NCBI GenBank assembly: GCA_964566505.1
Contig: CAZMIM010000002.1
Location: 46,529-110,528, forward strand
Reading direction: 5' to 3'
Length of the DNA stretch: 64,000 nucleotides
From: an uncultured Candidatus Saccharibacteria bacterium
GTDB taxonomy: Bacteria; Patescibacteriota; Minisyncoccia; Phycocordibacterales; PCTT01
The number at the start of each line of letters is the position of its first letter. Positions within the stretch are counted from its first letter, which is position 1. Below, in pieces: positions 6,722 to 13,834 of this stretch. The notes beneath the pieces are model-generated. The model worked only from the letters and a program-made list of their open reading frames with translations, did no database searches and was not told the DNA's origin. The position numbers and the translations under genes were made by a program.

Positions 6722-7852
6722 ATGAAAAAGATTCTTTGGTGGATTGCACTCTTGGCACTCGTGCCGATGTTTGCAACCGCCCAGCAGATGGAGTACACCA
6801 GCACGGAAAAATTTCCTGTCGGTGAACACGAAGCTCCTGTAAGCCTCAGGACAGAACTGCGCGACGCTGTGTGCGGAGAAATCCGTGGCGAAGCGCACGT
6901 TATTGTACGAGGACACTACGACAGTCGTGAATACCCACTGGACAACCATGATCAGCAGTTCTTTTTAGGGCTCAGACGTGGTGCTGATGTAGCTCAATAC
7001 ATGGAACGCGTGTGCGCAATGCACAGAAGCAACTTCTCAGTACAGAGCTCATTTGCGCCCGGTGATCCGGACGACCCTCAAGGGAACGAGTCCAGAACAG
7101 TCACAATCATTTGGGGATTCTCAGATACTTCAGACTTCCAAACGGCTCAAGACTCCTACAACATGGACCTGGAGGACTTCTTCAACGAATTCCTCAATCC
7201 TTGGAAGGAGCTTGATCTTGCAAACCAGGCAGAAATGCTTGAGATTATGCGTTCTGTTGATGAGAAAATGATTGCATCGCAACTACAGCTTGCAAACATC
7301 TCTCGTCAAATCGATGAGCTTGCAGCCATGTCATGGAAACTCCCTCGCTGGAGCTTCCAGACCGGCATGCAGTTCTCGAGCAAATTTGGAACTGGCTTCA
7401 CCTTCTCGCTTTGTCGTAACTACTTTGACCAGAACATCGACTTCTGCCTCAAAGCATTTGCGGAAAACGAAAGCCACGAAGCACAAGCACTGCACCGCCC
7501 CTACCCTAATCAAGAAGTTCTTCATTGGGGAAAGTGGTACAGTGCCTCACTCATCATCAGGCCGTACCTGAAGAGCTTGGGCGAAAGTGCTCGAATCTTC
7601 ATGGACCTCGGTATCGGAGTAGCTCACGTGAACTACAATGGACCTCCGGACAAAAGCATCGGATACAACACTACCGGCATCATGCCCTCGATCGGATTTG
7701 GTCTCAAAACCAGATGGCGTTCGTGGGGGCTGGAGTTCGTAGGTACCGAGGAAGTCTGGATGTTCCCACAAGGCGTGGTGCTCCCGTCTTTCGAAGATGG
7801 TGACTACCATGTGAGCCTAGCTGGCTCTTTTGCTCTTTCGTATCATTTCTAG
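6722..7852 (+). CDS. Secreted OmpA-like (peptidoglycan-binding) protein with beta-barrel-like C-terminus; compositionally foreign
   Basis: Signal peptide MKKILWWIALLALVPMFATAQQ. OmpA_C-like pattern VRGHYDS...LGLRRGADVAQYM...NESRTVTIIW. The C-terminus ends ...SFALSYHF (terminal Phe, as in the OMP beta-signal). G+C is visibly higher than in the flanks. Confidence 0.6.
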   Translation: MKKILWWIALLALVPMFATAQQMEYTSTEKFPVGEHEAPVSLRTELRDAVCGEIRGEAHVIVRGHYDSREYPLDNHDQQFFLGLRRGADVAQYMERVCAMHRSNFSVQSSFAPGDPDDPQGNESRTVTIIWGFSDTSDFQTAQDSYNMDLEDFFNEFLNPWKELDLANQAEMLEIMRSVDEKMIASQLQLANISRQIDELAAMSWKLPRWSFQTGMQFSSKFGTGFTFSLCRNYFDQNIDFCLKAFAENESHEAQALHRPYPNQEVLHWGKWYSASLIIRPYLKSLGESARIFMDLGIGVAHVNYNGPPDKSIGYNTTGIMPSIGFGLKTRWRSWGLEFVGTEEVWMFPQGVVLPSFEDGDYHVSLAGSFALSYHF

Positions 7853-7874
7853 GAAGTACCGCTTCCTATACAAA

Positions 7875-7907
7875 ACGCCCCGTTGCAGAATGCAACGGGG
7901 CGTCTTT
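7875..7907. terminator. Bidirectional terminator between convergent genes
   Basis: ACGCCCCGTTGC-AGAA-TGCAACGGGGCGT followed by CTTT. Confidence 0.6.
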
Positions 7908-7917
7908 CGTTTAATCT

Positions 7918-8409
7918 CTATTCGAAAAGTGGAAACTTTCTTACAAATGCAGTCTTTCTCCATTTCTTTGCACAACCAAATGTATACCCTGAATCAGAAA
8001 GTGCAAACACAAACATCAAAAACGCATATATAAGGTGGTCATCCATAAACGGATTGTGCTCTGGTGGCATAAACCCAGCTACATACATAAGTAGAAGTAT
8101 AAAAGCTCCAACATAACTTGATAGCTTTACTGCAATACCGAAAAGAAGACCTACACCTACCCCAAGTAACCCAAGCATAAAGAGCCAATCAACAAATGGA
8201 CTTCCAGCAAGTGATTGGAAAAAATCCATAAACGGTCCTGTTGTTGCGTGTGTTAAGAACCCTGATGTTGGTGAACCTCCACTGAGCCACGCCGCCTCTT
8301 TTGGAGTAGCAAATCCAAGTCCGCACAACTTATCAAAGAATGCCCATAGGAATATCCAACCCATAGAAATTCTAAGAAGTGCGACTATTTTTTTAAGTGA
8401 TGCATTCAT
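7918..8409 (-). CDS. DoxX/DoxD-like membrane protein
   Basis: 163-aa ORF with 4 TM helices and the N-terminal pattern LRISMGWIFLWAFFDK typical of the DoxX family. Confidence 0.55.
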   Translation of the reverse strand: MNASLKKIVALLRISMGWIFLWAFFDKLCGLGFATPKEAAWLSGGSPTSGFLTHATTGPFMDFFQSLAGSPFVDWLFMLGLLGVGVGLLFGIAVKLSSYVGAFILLLMYVAGFMPPEHNPFMDDHLIYAFLMFVFALSDSGYTFGCAKKWRKTAFVRKFPLFE

Positions 8410-8427
8410 TTTTAATTAATTTAACCA

Positions 8428-8820
8428 TTAAACAATCGCAAATCCTGACAGAAGCATATATGCTCCAAGAATTAAAATGATTGCTGCCCATGGTGTAATA
8501 AATGAGCCCTCCATAAACTTTCTTGCGATAGATGCCACCGCCTTGCTTGGAAACAAAAGATATCCAACACCTTTCACAAGTGAGAGCCAACCAAGAATAG
8601 TTACAATCACAACATCAAATCCCCCGCTCCAAACATTGTGGTATGACACCACAAGCATTCCGATAATGAGAGCAAAAATACCTGCAAGAAATGTGAAATG
8701 CTTATTACTTGAAAGCTCGCTCACAAAAGATTTCCATGTTGATTTATTGATAAGTACTGAAAGCCCCATCAAAAATAGATAGAATCCCCAGAATTTCAAC
8801 AAAAGTATTGTTAGTTCCAT
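8428..8820 (-). CDS. Hypothetical 4-TM membrane protein
   Basis: 130-aa hydrophobic ORF, co-directional with and 18 nt upstream of the DoxX-like gene. Confidence 0.5.
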   Translation of the reverse strand: MELTILLLKFWGFYLFLMGLSVLINKSTWKSFVSELSSNKHFTFLAGIFALIIGMLVVSYHNVWSGGFDVVIVTILGWLSLVKGVGYLLFPSKAVASIARKFMEGSFITPWAAIILILGAYMLLSGFAIV

Positions 8821-8878
8821 ATATTTATAATTAGTGCATTAATAATGTTCAACCATTATTATACGCCTCAAAAAATAC

Positions 8879-8909
8879 AAAAAGCAGAAGTTATTCACTT
8901 CTGCTTTTT
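8879..8909. terminator. Bidirectional intrinsic terminator
   Basis: AAAAA-GCAGAAG-TTATTCA-CTTCTGC-TTTTT. Confidence 0.6.
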
Positions 8910-8924
8910 GTGTTTATATATCGC

Positions 8925-9058
8925 TGGGCGACCACCGGGACGCTGCGCTATCTCACTCGCTCTAAAACGCTCTTTAAGAACCCACGGTTCTCAACGCTTC
9001 GCTGCTCTCCTCCACGGGAAAACTAGAGTTTTCCCGACCCCTTTCCTGTTCGATTCCC
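8925..9058 (-). repeat. tRNA-linked conserved element, copy A (downstream of tRNA-His)
   Basis: In the tRNA sense it starts GGGAATCGAAC (the reverse complement of the tRNA T-loop GTTCGATTCCC). It ends TCCCGGTGGTCGCCCA, identical to the last 16 nt of the tRNA-His gene region. The ~100-nt core is shared with 14746-14876 and 21635-21751. Confidence 0.8.
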
Positions 9059-9110
9059 TTAAATATTTACCCATAAAAGAAAGAGCGCAATAATGCGCTC
9101 TTTCTTTTCT

Positions 9111-9185
9111 TGGGCGACCACCGGGAATCGAACCCGAATTCCAGGTTCCACAAACCTGTGTAATAACCGTTATACCATGGTCGCC
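9111..9185 (-). tRNA. tRNA-His (anticodon GTG)
   Basis: Cloverleaf read by eye: extra 5' G(-1), anticodon arm CAGGT-TTGTGGA-ACCTG, T-arm CGGG-TTCGATT-CCCG. Own hairpin terminator at 9075-9108. Confidence 0.85.
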
Positions 9186-9195
9186 ATATATGCCC

Positions 9196-9750
9196 CTACT
9201 TATAGTCTGGAGCAGACTCCTTTATACCAGATTTATAGTTAGAATGTCGAGCTAAAGCATACAAAAGAGACGAAAGCCTATTGAGATACCCGAGCGTGTG
9301 CTCGCCCATTCCAACACCCTGATTTACCACTGATACCACTCTCCTCTCCGCCCTTCGTGAAACTGAGCGTGCAATATCAAAATGTGCACCAAGCTCTGTT
9401 CCCCCTGACACTAAAAAGCTTTTGATTGGAGGAAGCTGTTTTTCAATAGCATCAGTTACCCTCTCAAGATCTTTTATTTTTTCTTCACTGATTGTTTTAT
9501 CTGCTCCCGCAAGCTCTGCTTGAACTATAAATAGATTTTTCTGAACCTCTTCTGTTATAGATGCTACGCCCTCTTTCTCATCACCAATCATTACAACATC
9601 TCTACCTGCATGTACTTTACATAGGCCAAGAACAGAGTTCAGCTCATCTACTGTTCCAAGAGCTTCAGTAAGAGCTGAGTCTTTTGAAATGCGCGCATCA
9701 CCACGAAGTGTTTTTGTTGTTCCCTTGTCTCCTTTTCGAGTATATAACAT
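9196..9750 (-). CDS. PduO-type ATP:cob(I)alamin adenosyltransferase-family protein
   Basis: MLYTRKGDKGTT...TVDELNSVLG... matches the PduO/MMAB N-terminus. The start is placed at the internal Met (9750) because the upstream part of the ORF overlaps the terminator hairpin. Confidence 0.8.
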   Translation of the reverse strand: MLYTRKGDKGTTKTLRGDARISKDSALTEALGTVDELNSVLGLCKVHAGRDVVMIGDEKEGVASITEEVQKNLFIVQAELAGADKTISEEKIKDLERVTDAIEKQLPPIKSFLVSGGTELGAHFDIARSVSRRAERRVVSVVNQGVGMGEHTLGYLNRLSSLLYALARHSNYKSGIKESAPDYK

Positions 9751-9771
9751 AGTGCTAAAACAATAACAAAA

Positions 9772-9803
9772 CCCCGTCTGTGTGTCTACACAGACGGGGT
9801 TTT
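9772..9803 (-). terminator. Terminator hairpin; identical 28-nt hairpin at 11864-11891
   Basis: CCCCGTCTGTGT-GTCT-ACACAGACGGGG followed by TTTTG on the minus strand. Confidence 0.65.
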
Positions 9804-9808
9804 GGACT

Positions 9809-11788
9809 TTATCTACCAAACAATGACTTTACTACTACTTTGAAAGCATTTTCAATTGCATATACTGCTGTAGCAAATTGAGATTTCTTTTGTGTTTCTT
9901 CAACAAAACCAAAACTGCTACGAAGACCTATTGAATACTCAAGAATTTTCTCTGCATCTATTGAGTTAATCTCACCACTATCATCTACGTCTGCAACAAG
10001 TTGAGCTTTTGCCGAAAGAAGCTCTGTGCCGTTTATATGCTGTGATACAAGAGCTGCATCATGTGATGTAACGCTTCCATCAAAGTTTACATCTCCATAA
10101 ATAAGATCTCGTGCTGGTATTTGCTCCACAATACCTATTGCATGCGCATTTACAATACGTGCATCAAGCATGGTAATTCGTGTATCACGATTTACATCTG
10201 AAAGCTCTTGTTGATAATCAGTTAGTGTTGAATTACCACTGACAAAACCTGCAATAAGACCTGCGTCATACGAAGTAATTTTTCCATCAAGAGAAACATC
10301 ACCCCTAAAACTTGTTGTAACATCTCTCACAACAACATTAAGTGAGTGTCCCTTGCCTCTTACAAAAGAGTTGTCACCATAAGTTGCTTCTACAACTACA
10401 GTGTATGTGTCTTCTGGTAGATTTTCTGGAAGTTTATAAATGTACTCTCCATCATTAATAGTACCTCTAACAACTGTATATTTATTAGCTCCCCAAAGTT
10501 CAATATCAATAGAGGCATCTAGGGGAACATTGAAAGAATTCCATGCAAAACTTACCGTATGTCCAGGATAACGCTCACCCTGATGTCCACTCACCGTTAT
10601 TGAAGGTTCTCCTACCTCAGGATTAACAACATTGAGTGAATGTCCCTTACCTCTTACAAAAGAGTTGTCGCCATAAGTTGCTTCTACAACTACAGTGTAT
10701 GTATCTTCTGGTAGATTTTCTGGAATTGTGTAGTTGTATAGACCTTCATTTTTAATACCCCTAACAACCGTGTATTTATTAGCTCCCCATAGTTCAATAT
10801 CAATAGAGGCATCTGTTGGAATATTTTCTGAAGTCCACACAATACTTACATCATCTCCTGGATGTCGGTATCCCCACGCTCCGCTCACATTAATTAATGG
10901 ATCTCCTGCCTCGGGATTAACTATTTTAAGTGGATACCCACTACCCTCTACAAGAGGCTCTGTATCATATGAACCAACAAATATTGTATAGTCACCTTCT
11001 GGAATATTTTCTGGAATTGTGTAGTTATACAATCCATCATTTTCCGTGTCGCTTACTACAACAAAACCTTTTTCTTTTGAAATATAAATATCAATAGGGT
11101 TGTTTTTCGGCACACCAACTGAATCCCAAGTAATACTTACTGTATCTCCTGGATGATACTCTCCCCAAACTCCATCAACCTTTATTGATGGAGTTGATAC
11201 TGAATTATTCTTAGGATTATTTGATGTATCTGAATTATCGTAATTTCCATAGCCAATACTTCCATCTATATCATCTTTAACAATAGAAACTCCCCCTATG
11301 GTGTCACACACTCGCATCGCACCCACAACCGCACACGTTTTTATTGCGTAGGTCCCTTCCGGAACAAATACTCCAGAAGCTGTGTACCCACCGTTGTCCC
11401 ACACATAAAAGCCAGAATTTTGCATTTGTGCAATTCTGTATTGTAAAGCCCCATTTATAAGGGTTATGTCCACAAGACTATTTGCTGCTATGTCTTCTGT
11501 CTCCCATTCAAAAACTATATTCTCCCCTAGGGTAAACACATCGTTTGAACTAGGTTCTGTTAACAAAATGTCATAATCAACTCCATAGGAATTATTAGTA
11601 CTAATGTTATTTGAACCAGAATCATCTCCTAAGAGAACATTTCGTATTTGTGTAACTACTGTGGTATCTGCACCAAATGCATTAAGTAAACTTGTAATTG
11701 CATTCACCTGCGCATCAGATAATGCATATGACACTGCTGGGACAGCAAAAAATGCAATAAGCATTATTGTAAGAAAAATCTTTTTCAT
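9809..11788 (-). CDS. Secreted surface protein with three tandem ~98-aa domains and two C-terminal dockerin-type repeat pairs
   Basis: Signal peptide MKKIFLTIMLIAFFAVPAVSYA. The domain repeats contain YTVVVEATYGDNSFVRGKGHSLNVV. Dockerin-like Ca-binding loops: GDVSLDGKITSYD, DVNRDTRITMLD, GDVNFDGSVTSHD, DVDDSGEINSID. Confidence 0.75.
   Translation of the reverse strand: MKKIFLTIMLIAFFAVPAVSYALSDAQVNAITSLLNAFGADTTVVTQIRNVLLGDDSGSNNISTNNSYGVDYDILLTEPSSNDVFTLGENIVFEWETEDIAANSLVDITLINGALQYRIAQMQNSGFYVWDNGGYTASGVFVPEGTYAIKTCAVVGAMRVCDTIGGVSIVKDDIDGSIGYGNYDNSDTSNNPKNNSVSTPSIKVDGVWGEYHPGDTVSITWDSVGVPKNNPIDIYISKEKGFVVVSDTENDGLYNYTIPENIPEGDYTIFVGSYDTEPLVEGSGYPLKIVNPEAGDPLINVSGAWGYRHPGDDVSIVWTSENIPTDASIDIELWGANKYTVVRGIKNEGLYNYTIPENLPEDTYTVVVEATYGDNSFVRGKGHSLNVVNPEVGEPSITVSGHQGERYPGHTVSFAWNSFNVPLDASIDIELWGANKYTVVRGTINDGEYIYKLPENLPEDTYTVVVEATYGDNSFVRGKGHSLNVVVRDVTTSFRGDVSLDGKITSYDAGLIAGFVSGNSTLTDYQQELSDVNRDTRITMLDARIVNAHAIGIVEQIPARDLIYGDVNFDGSVTSHDAALVSQHINGTELLSAKAQLVADVDDSGEINSIDAEKILEYSIGLRSSFGFVEETQKKSQFATAVYAIENAFKVVVKSLFGR
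10331..11210 (-). repeat. Intragenic tandem repeats, period ~294 nt (three copies)
   Basis: 10331-10431 and 10625-10725 differ at only 5 positions in ~100 nt. The rest of each unit and the third unit are much more diverged. Confidence 0.75.
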
Positions 11789-11863
11789 GAAAATATAGTT
11801 ATTTATATATAAAAGAATTATAGCAAATCAAACATGTGTATTATTTAGATATGCACAACAAAG

Positions 11864-11891
11864 CCCCGTCTGTGTGTCTACACAGACGGGG
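11864..11891 (-). terminator. Second copy of the 28-nt hairpin
   Basis: CCCCGTCTGTGTGTCTACACAGACGGGG, identical to 9772-9799, just after the stop of the 11898-12338 gene. Confidence 0.55.
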
Positions 11892-11897
11892 TTGAGG

Positions 11898-12338
11898 TTA
11901 TTCCTGAGGATTATTTGATTCGTATATATCAATAAAGCCATCTGATGCTTTATATCTTTCTTCGAAATGTTTTACATTATATCTTTCTTTATACATCTCC
12001 ATTTCCCTGTCGAAAAACCCTAAACCACTTACAAACAAAACCCTATCAGAAAAAGATAAAGGAAATAATTTTAAAATACCCTTCATCCATTCATCACATG
12101 CTCCGAAGTTGTTTCCAATTACAACCACGTCAGGGTCGAAATGTTCAATGGCATCACAAACTTGATCAAAAAACCCATCCTCAAACTGTTTAGCATGCCG
12201 GTTGGGCAAATCGACACGATTTTCAAGCCAGCAGGGAATGAGTTCATAGCCAAACTGCTTTAGTTTATACTCAAACATTTCGAGCAATCTATCCCACACC
12301 CCAGACTGTTCAGTGAAGAGAACTTTAATAGTTGTCAT
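11898..12338 (-). CDS. Hypothetical protein
   Basis: ORF with its start placed at MTTIKVLF. It has an alpha/beta-looking pattern (IKVLF...DPDVVVIGNNFG). No family recognised. Confidence 0.45.
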   Translation of the reverse strand: MTTIKVLFTEQSGVWDRLLEMFEYKLKQFGYELIPCWLENRVDLPNRHAKQFEDGFFDQVCDAIEHFDPDVVVIGNNFGACDEWMKGILKLFPLSFSDRVLFVSGLGFFDREMEMYKERYNVKHFEERYKASDGFIDIYESNNPQE

Positions 12339-12428
12339 GACGAATAACCTTGTGTTTATGAATGTTCTATTTCGGGTGCACAATACAATAAAAAATATCC
12401 AATAGCAAGTATTGGGATTTATTCATTT

Positions 12429-12516
12429 TGGTGCCCAGGACAGGAGTCGAACCTGCACATCCGTAATGGACATATCCCCCTCAAGGATACGCGTCTACCA
12501 GTTCCGCCACCTGGGC
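12429..12516 (-). tRNA. tRNA-Leu (anticodon GAG), class II with long variable arm, CCA encoded
   Basis: Acceptor GCCCAGG/CCTGGGC, anticodon arm TATCC-TTGAGGG-GGATA, 3' end ...GGGCACCA. Confidence 0.85.
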
Positions 12517-12576
12517 ATGTAGATGTATTATGCAGAAAAAAGTAACTATTTCAATCCAAATTTACTTTTAGTCTAT

Positions 12577-12596
12577 ATGTACAGTTAACTGTACAT
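12577..12596. promoter_or_regulatory. 20-bp perfect palindrome, TrpR-operator-like (downstream copy)
   Basis: ATGTACAGTTAACTGTACAT; compare the E. coli trp operator core GTACTAGTTAACTAGTAC. Confidence 0.55.
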
Positions 12597-12634
12597 GTAT
12601 GATAACTCTCCTGAAAATCAAAAGTAGTTTTTGA

Positions 12635-13051
12635 TTATCGTTTACCGGTATGATCGTTCAACCAATTCCACCTTCCACGACCTCTGGGTGGCATCCCCAC
12701 ACTTATTACCTTTCCTAGAAATGTTGTAAAATTTTCTACGTCTTTTTTCTTTTCTATTGTTTTTATTATGTTATCAAAACTCCCTTTTTCATACTCATCT
12801 TGTATTTTCCCAATAGTAACCCTACTGACTTTTAATGTTTCTTGAATGACTGAAGTGGGTATATTGTCATGAACTAATAGAATTATAGCGAGTCGTTTTT
12901 GGAACATTATAGTTTCTGAATATGTGAAAAAATCATAAAAAAATCCATCTATTTGTTTTTTGGTGGAAATATATCCAAGCACGCTAGTAAAGTAGTTTTT
13001 GAGCGCTTCTTTTATTTTAGGAGATACATCTATTTTTGATACATTTGTCAT
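12635..13051 (-). CDS. TrpR-related YerC/YecD-like DNA-binding protein
   Basis: 138-aa ORF. The pattern FQKRLAIILLVHDNIPTSVIQETLKVSRVTIGKI resembles the YerC/YecD (Trp-repressor-like) HTH. It is flanked by identical palindromes. Confidence 0.6.
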   Translation of the reverse strand: MTNVSKIDVSPKIKEALKNYFTSVLGYISTKKQIDGFFYDFFTYSETIMFQKRLAIILLVHDNIPTSVIQETLKVSRVTIGKIQDEYEKGSFDNIIKTIEKKKDVENFTTFLGKVISVGMPPRGRGRWNWLNDHTGKR

Positions 13052-13079
13052 GAATATATTCTAATATTTAAATTGTGAT

Positions 13080-13099
13080 ATGTACAGTTAACTGTACAT
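13080..13099. promoter_or_regulatory. 20-bp perfect palindrome, TrpR-operator-like (upstream copy)
   Basis: ATGTACAGTTAACTGTACAT, 28 nt upstream of the regulator's ATG. Confidence 0.6.
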
Positions 13100-13174
13100 A
13101 TAGGAACATTGTTATTTTAAGTTTTTTAAAACACCTCGGTTAAATAAGTGTTTCTTTCAACAAAAAAGAGGAGA

Positions 13175-13798
13175 TTATTTCTCCTCTGTTTCTGTTTGTT
13201 CCCCGCCTGAATGATCTTCAGATCGGGCAGGTTCTGTTGAAACTTCTTCTGTAGTTTCTGTTGTTGGTTCCTCTGCTGGAGTCTCTGGTGTGCCCTCGTC
13301 CTGAGGAGTCTCTGTTGTGCTCTCGTCCTGCGTAGCCTCTGGCGTAGCAGTAGCTTCTTGAGCCTTAGCTTCAGCTTCTTGTGCCTCTTGCTCAGCTCGT
13401 GCCTTTGATTCAATATCAGACTCAGTTGAAAGATCCATAAATCGTGAGCGTCGCATTTGTCGTCGAATCTGTTTCGCAGCCTTCTCTCGAATGTAGTAAA
13501 GCTTTGATCGTCGAACTTTAGCTCGTTTTACAATCTCAATCTTATCAATCATTGGAGAATATAGTGGGTAGATTTTCTCTACACCAACACCACCAGACAC
13601 ACGACGAACAGTAAATGTTCCTCCTGCCTCTTTCCCATGTTTTCGAGCAAGCACTACTCCCTCGAATACCTGAAGTCGAGTTTTTCCTTTATCTTCGATT
13701 TTTTGGTGTACGCGAACAGTATCTCCAGTTCGGATATCCAAATTACGCCGTTCTTCAACGTTTACTGGTGAAATAATGTTGTGCAAAATCTGACTCAT
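13175..13798 (-). CDS. rplS: 50S ribosomal protein L19 with ~80-aa acidic C-terminal extension
   Basis: The N-terminal ~120 aa are canonical L19 ([31 protein letters not shown]...[20 protein letters not shown]). The tail is rich in E/T/A/P/Q. Confidence 0.9.
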   Translation of the reverse strand: MSQILHNIISPVNVEERRNLDIRTGDTVRVHQKIEDKGKTRLQVFEGVVLARKHGKEAGGTFTVRRVSGGVGVEKIYPLYSPMIDKIEIVKRAKVRRSKLYYIREKAAKQIRRQMRRSRFMDLSTESDIESKARAEQEAQEAEAKAQEATATPEATQDESTTETPQDEGTPETPAEEPTTETTEEVSTEPARSEDHSGGEQTETEEK

Positions 13799-13834
13799 AT
13801 AAATAATTATGTAGGCGCTAGAATAACACGGTAG

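Noticed and set aside
6535-6949. Minus-strand ORFs 6535-6804 and 6719-6949, overlapping the promoter and 5' end of the OmpA-like gene.
   Set aside because: - They have no motifs and odd composition.
- They overlap a better-supported plus-strand gene with a promoter, Shine-Dalgarno and signal peptide.
- They are probably artefacts of the GC-rich insert.
8845-9093. Track ORFs 8845-9093 (+), 14646-14891 (+) and 21472-21672 (+). Their translations share segments such as LHG.TRV.PTPF.FDS, which could suggest a conserved small protein.
   Set aside because: - They run across tRNA genes, terminators and the tRNA-linked element.
- The similarity is at the nucleotide level.
- Copy C has a 1-nt indel (paired in the hairpin) that breaks the frame and creates a stop, so the conservation is structural, not coding.
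10331-10920. Near-identical tandem repeats in the surface-protein gene, considered as a possible DGR template/variable repeat pair.
   Set aside because: - The five differences in the ~100-nt conserved block are ordinary transitions in both directions, not adenine-specific substitutions.
- There is no reverse transcriptase gene in the window.
- Both copies are in-frame parts of one gene.
13126-13413. A 95-aa minus-strand ORF (Q/R/K/L-rich) overlapping the 3' part of rplS in another frame.
   Set aside because: It is an out-of-frame reading of the low-complexity GA-rich region that encodes the L19 acidic tail. It has no independent start signals.
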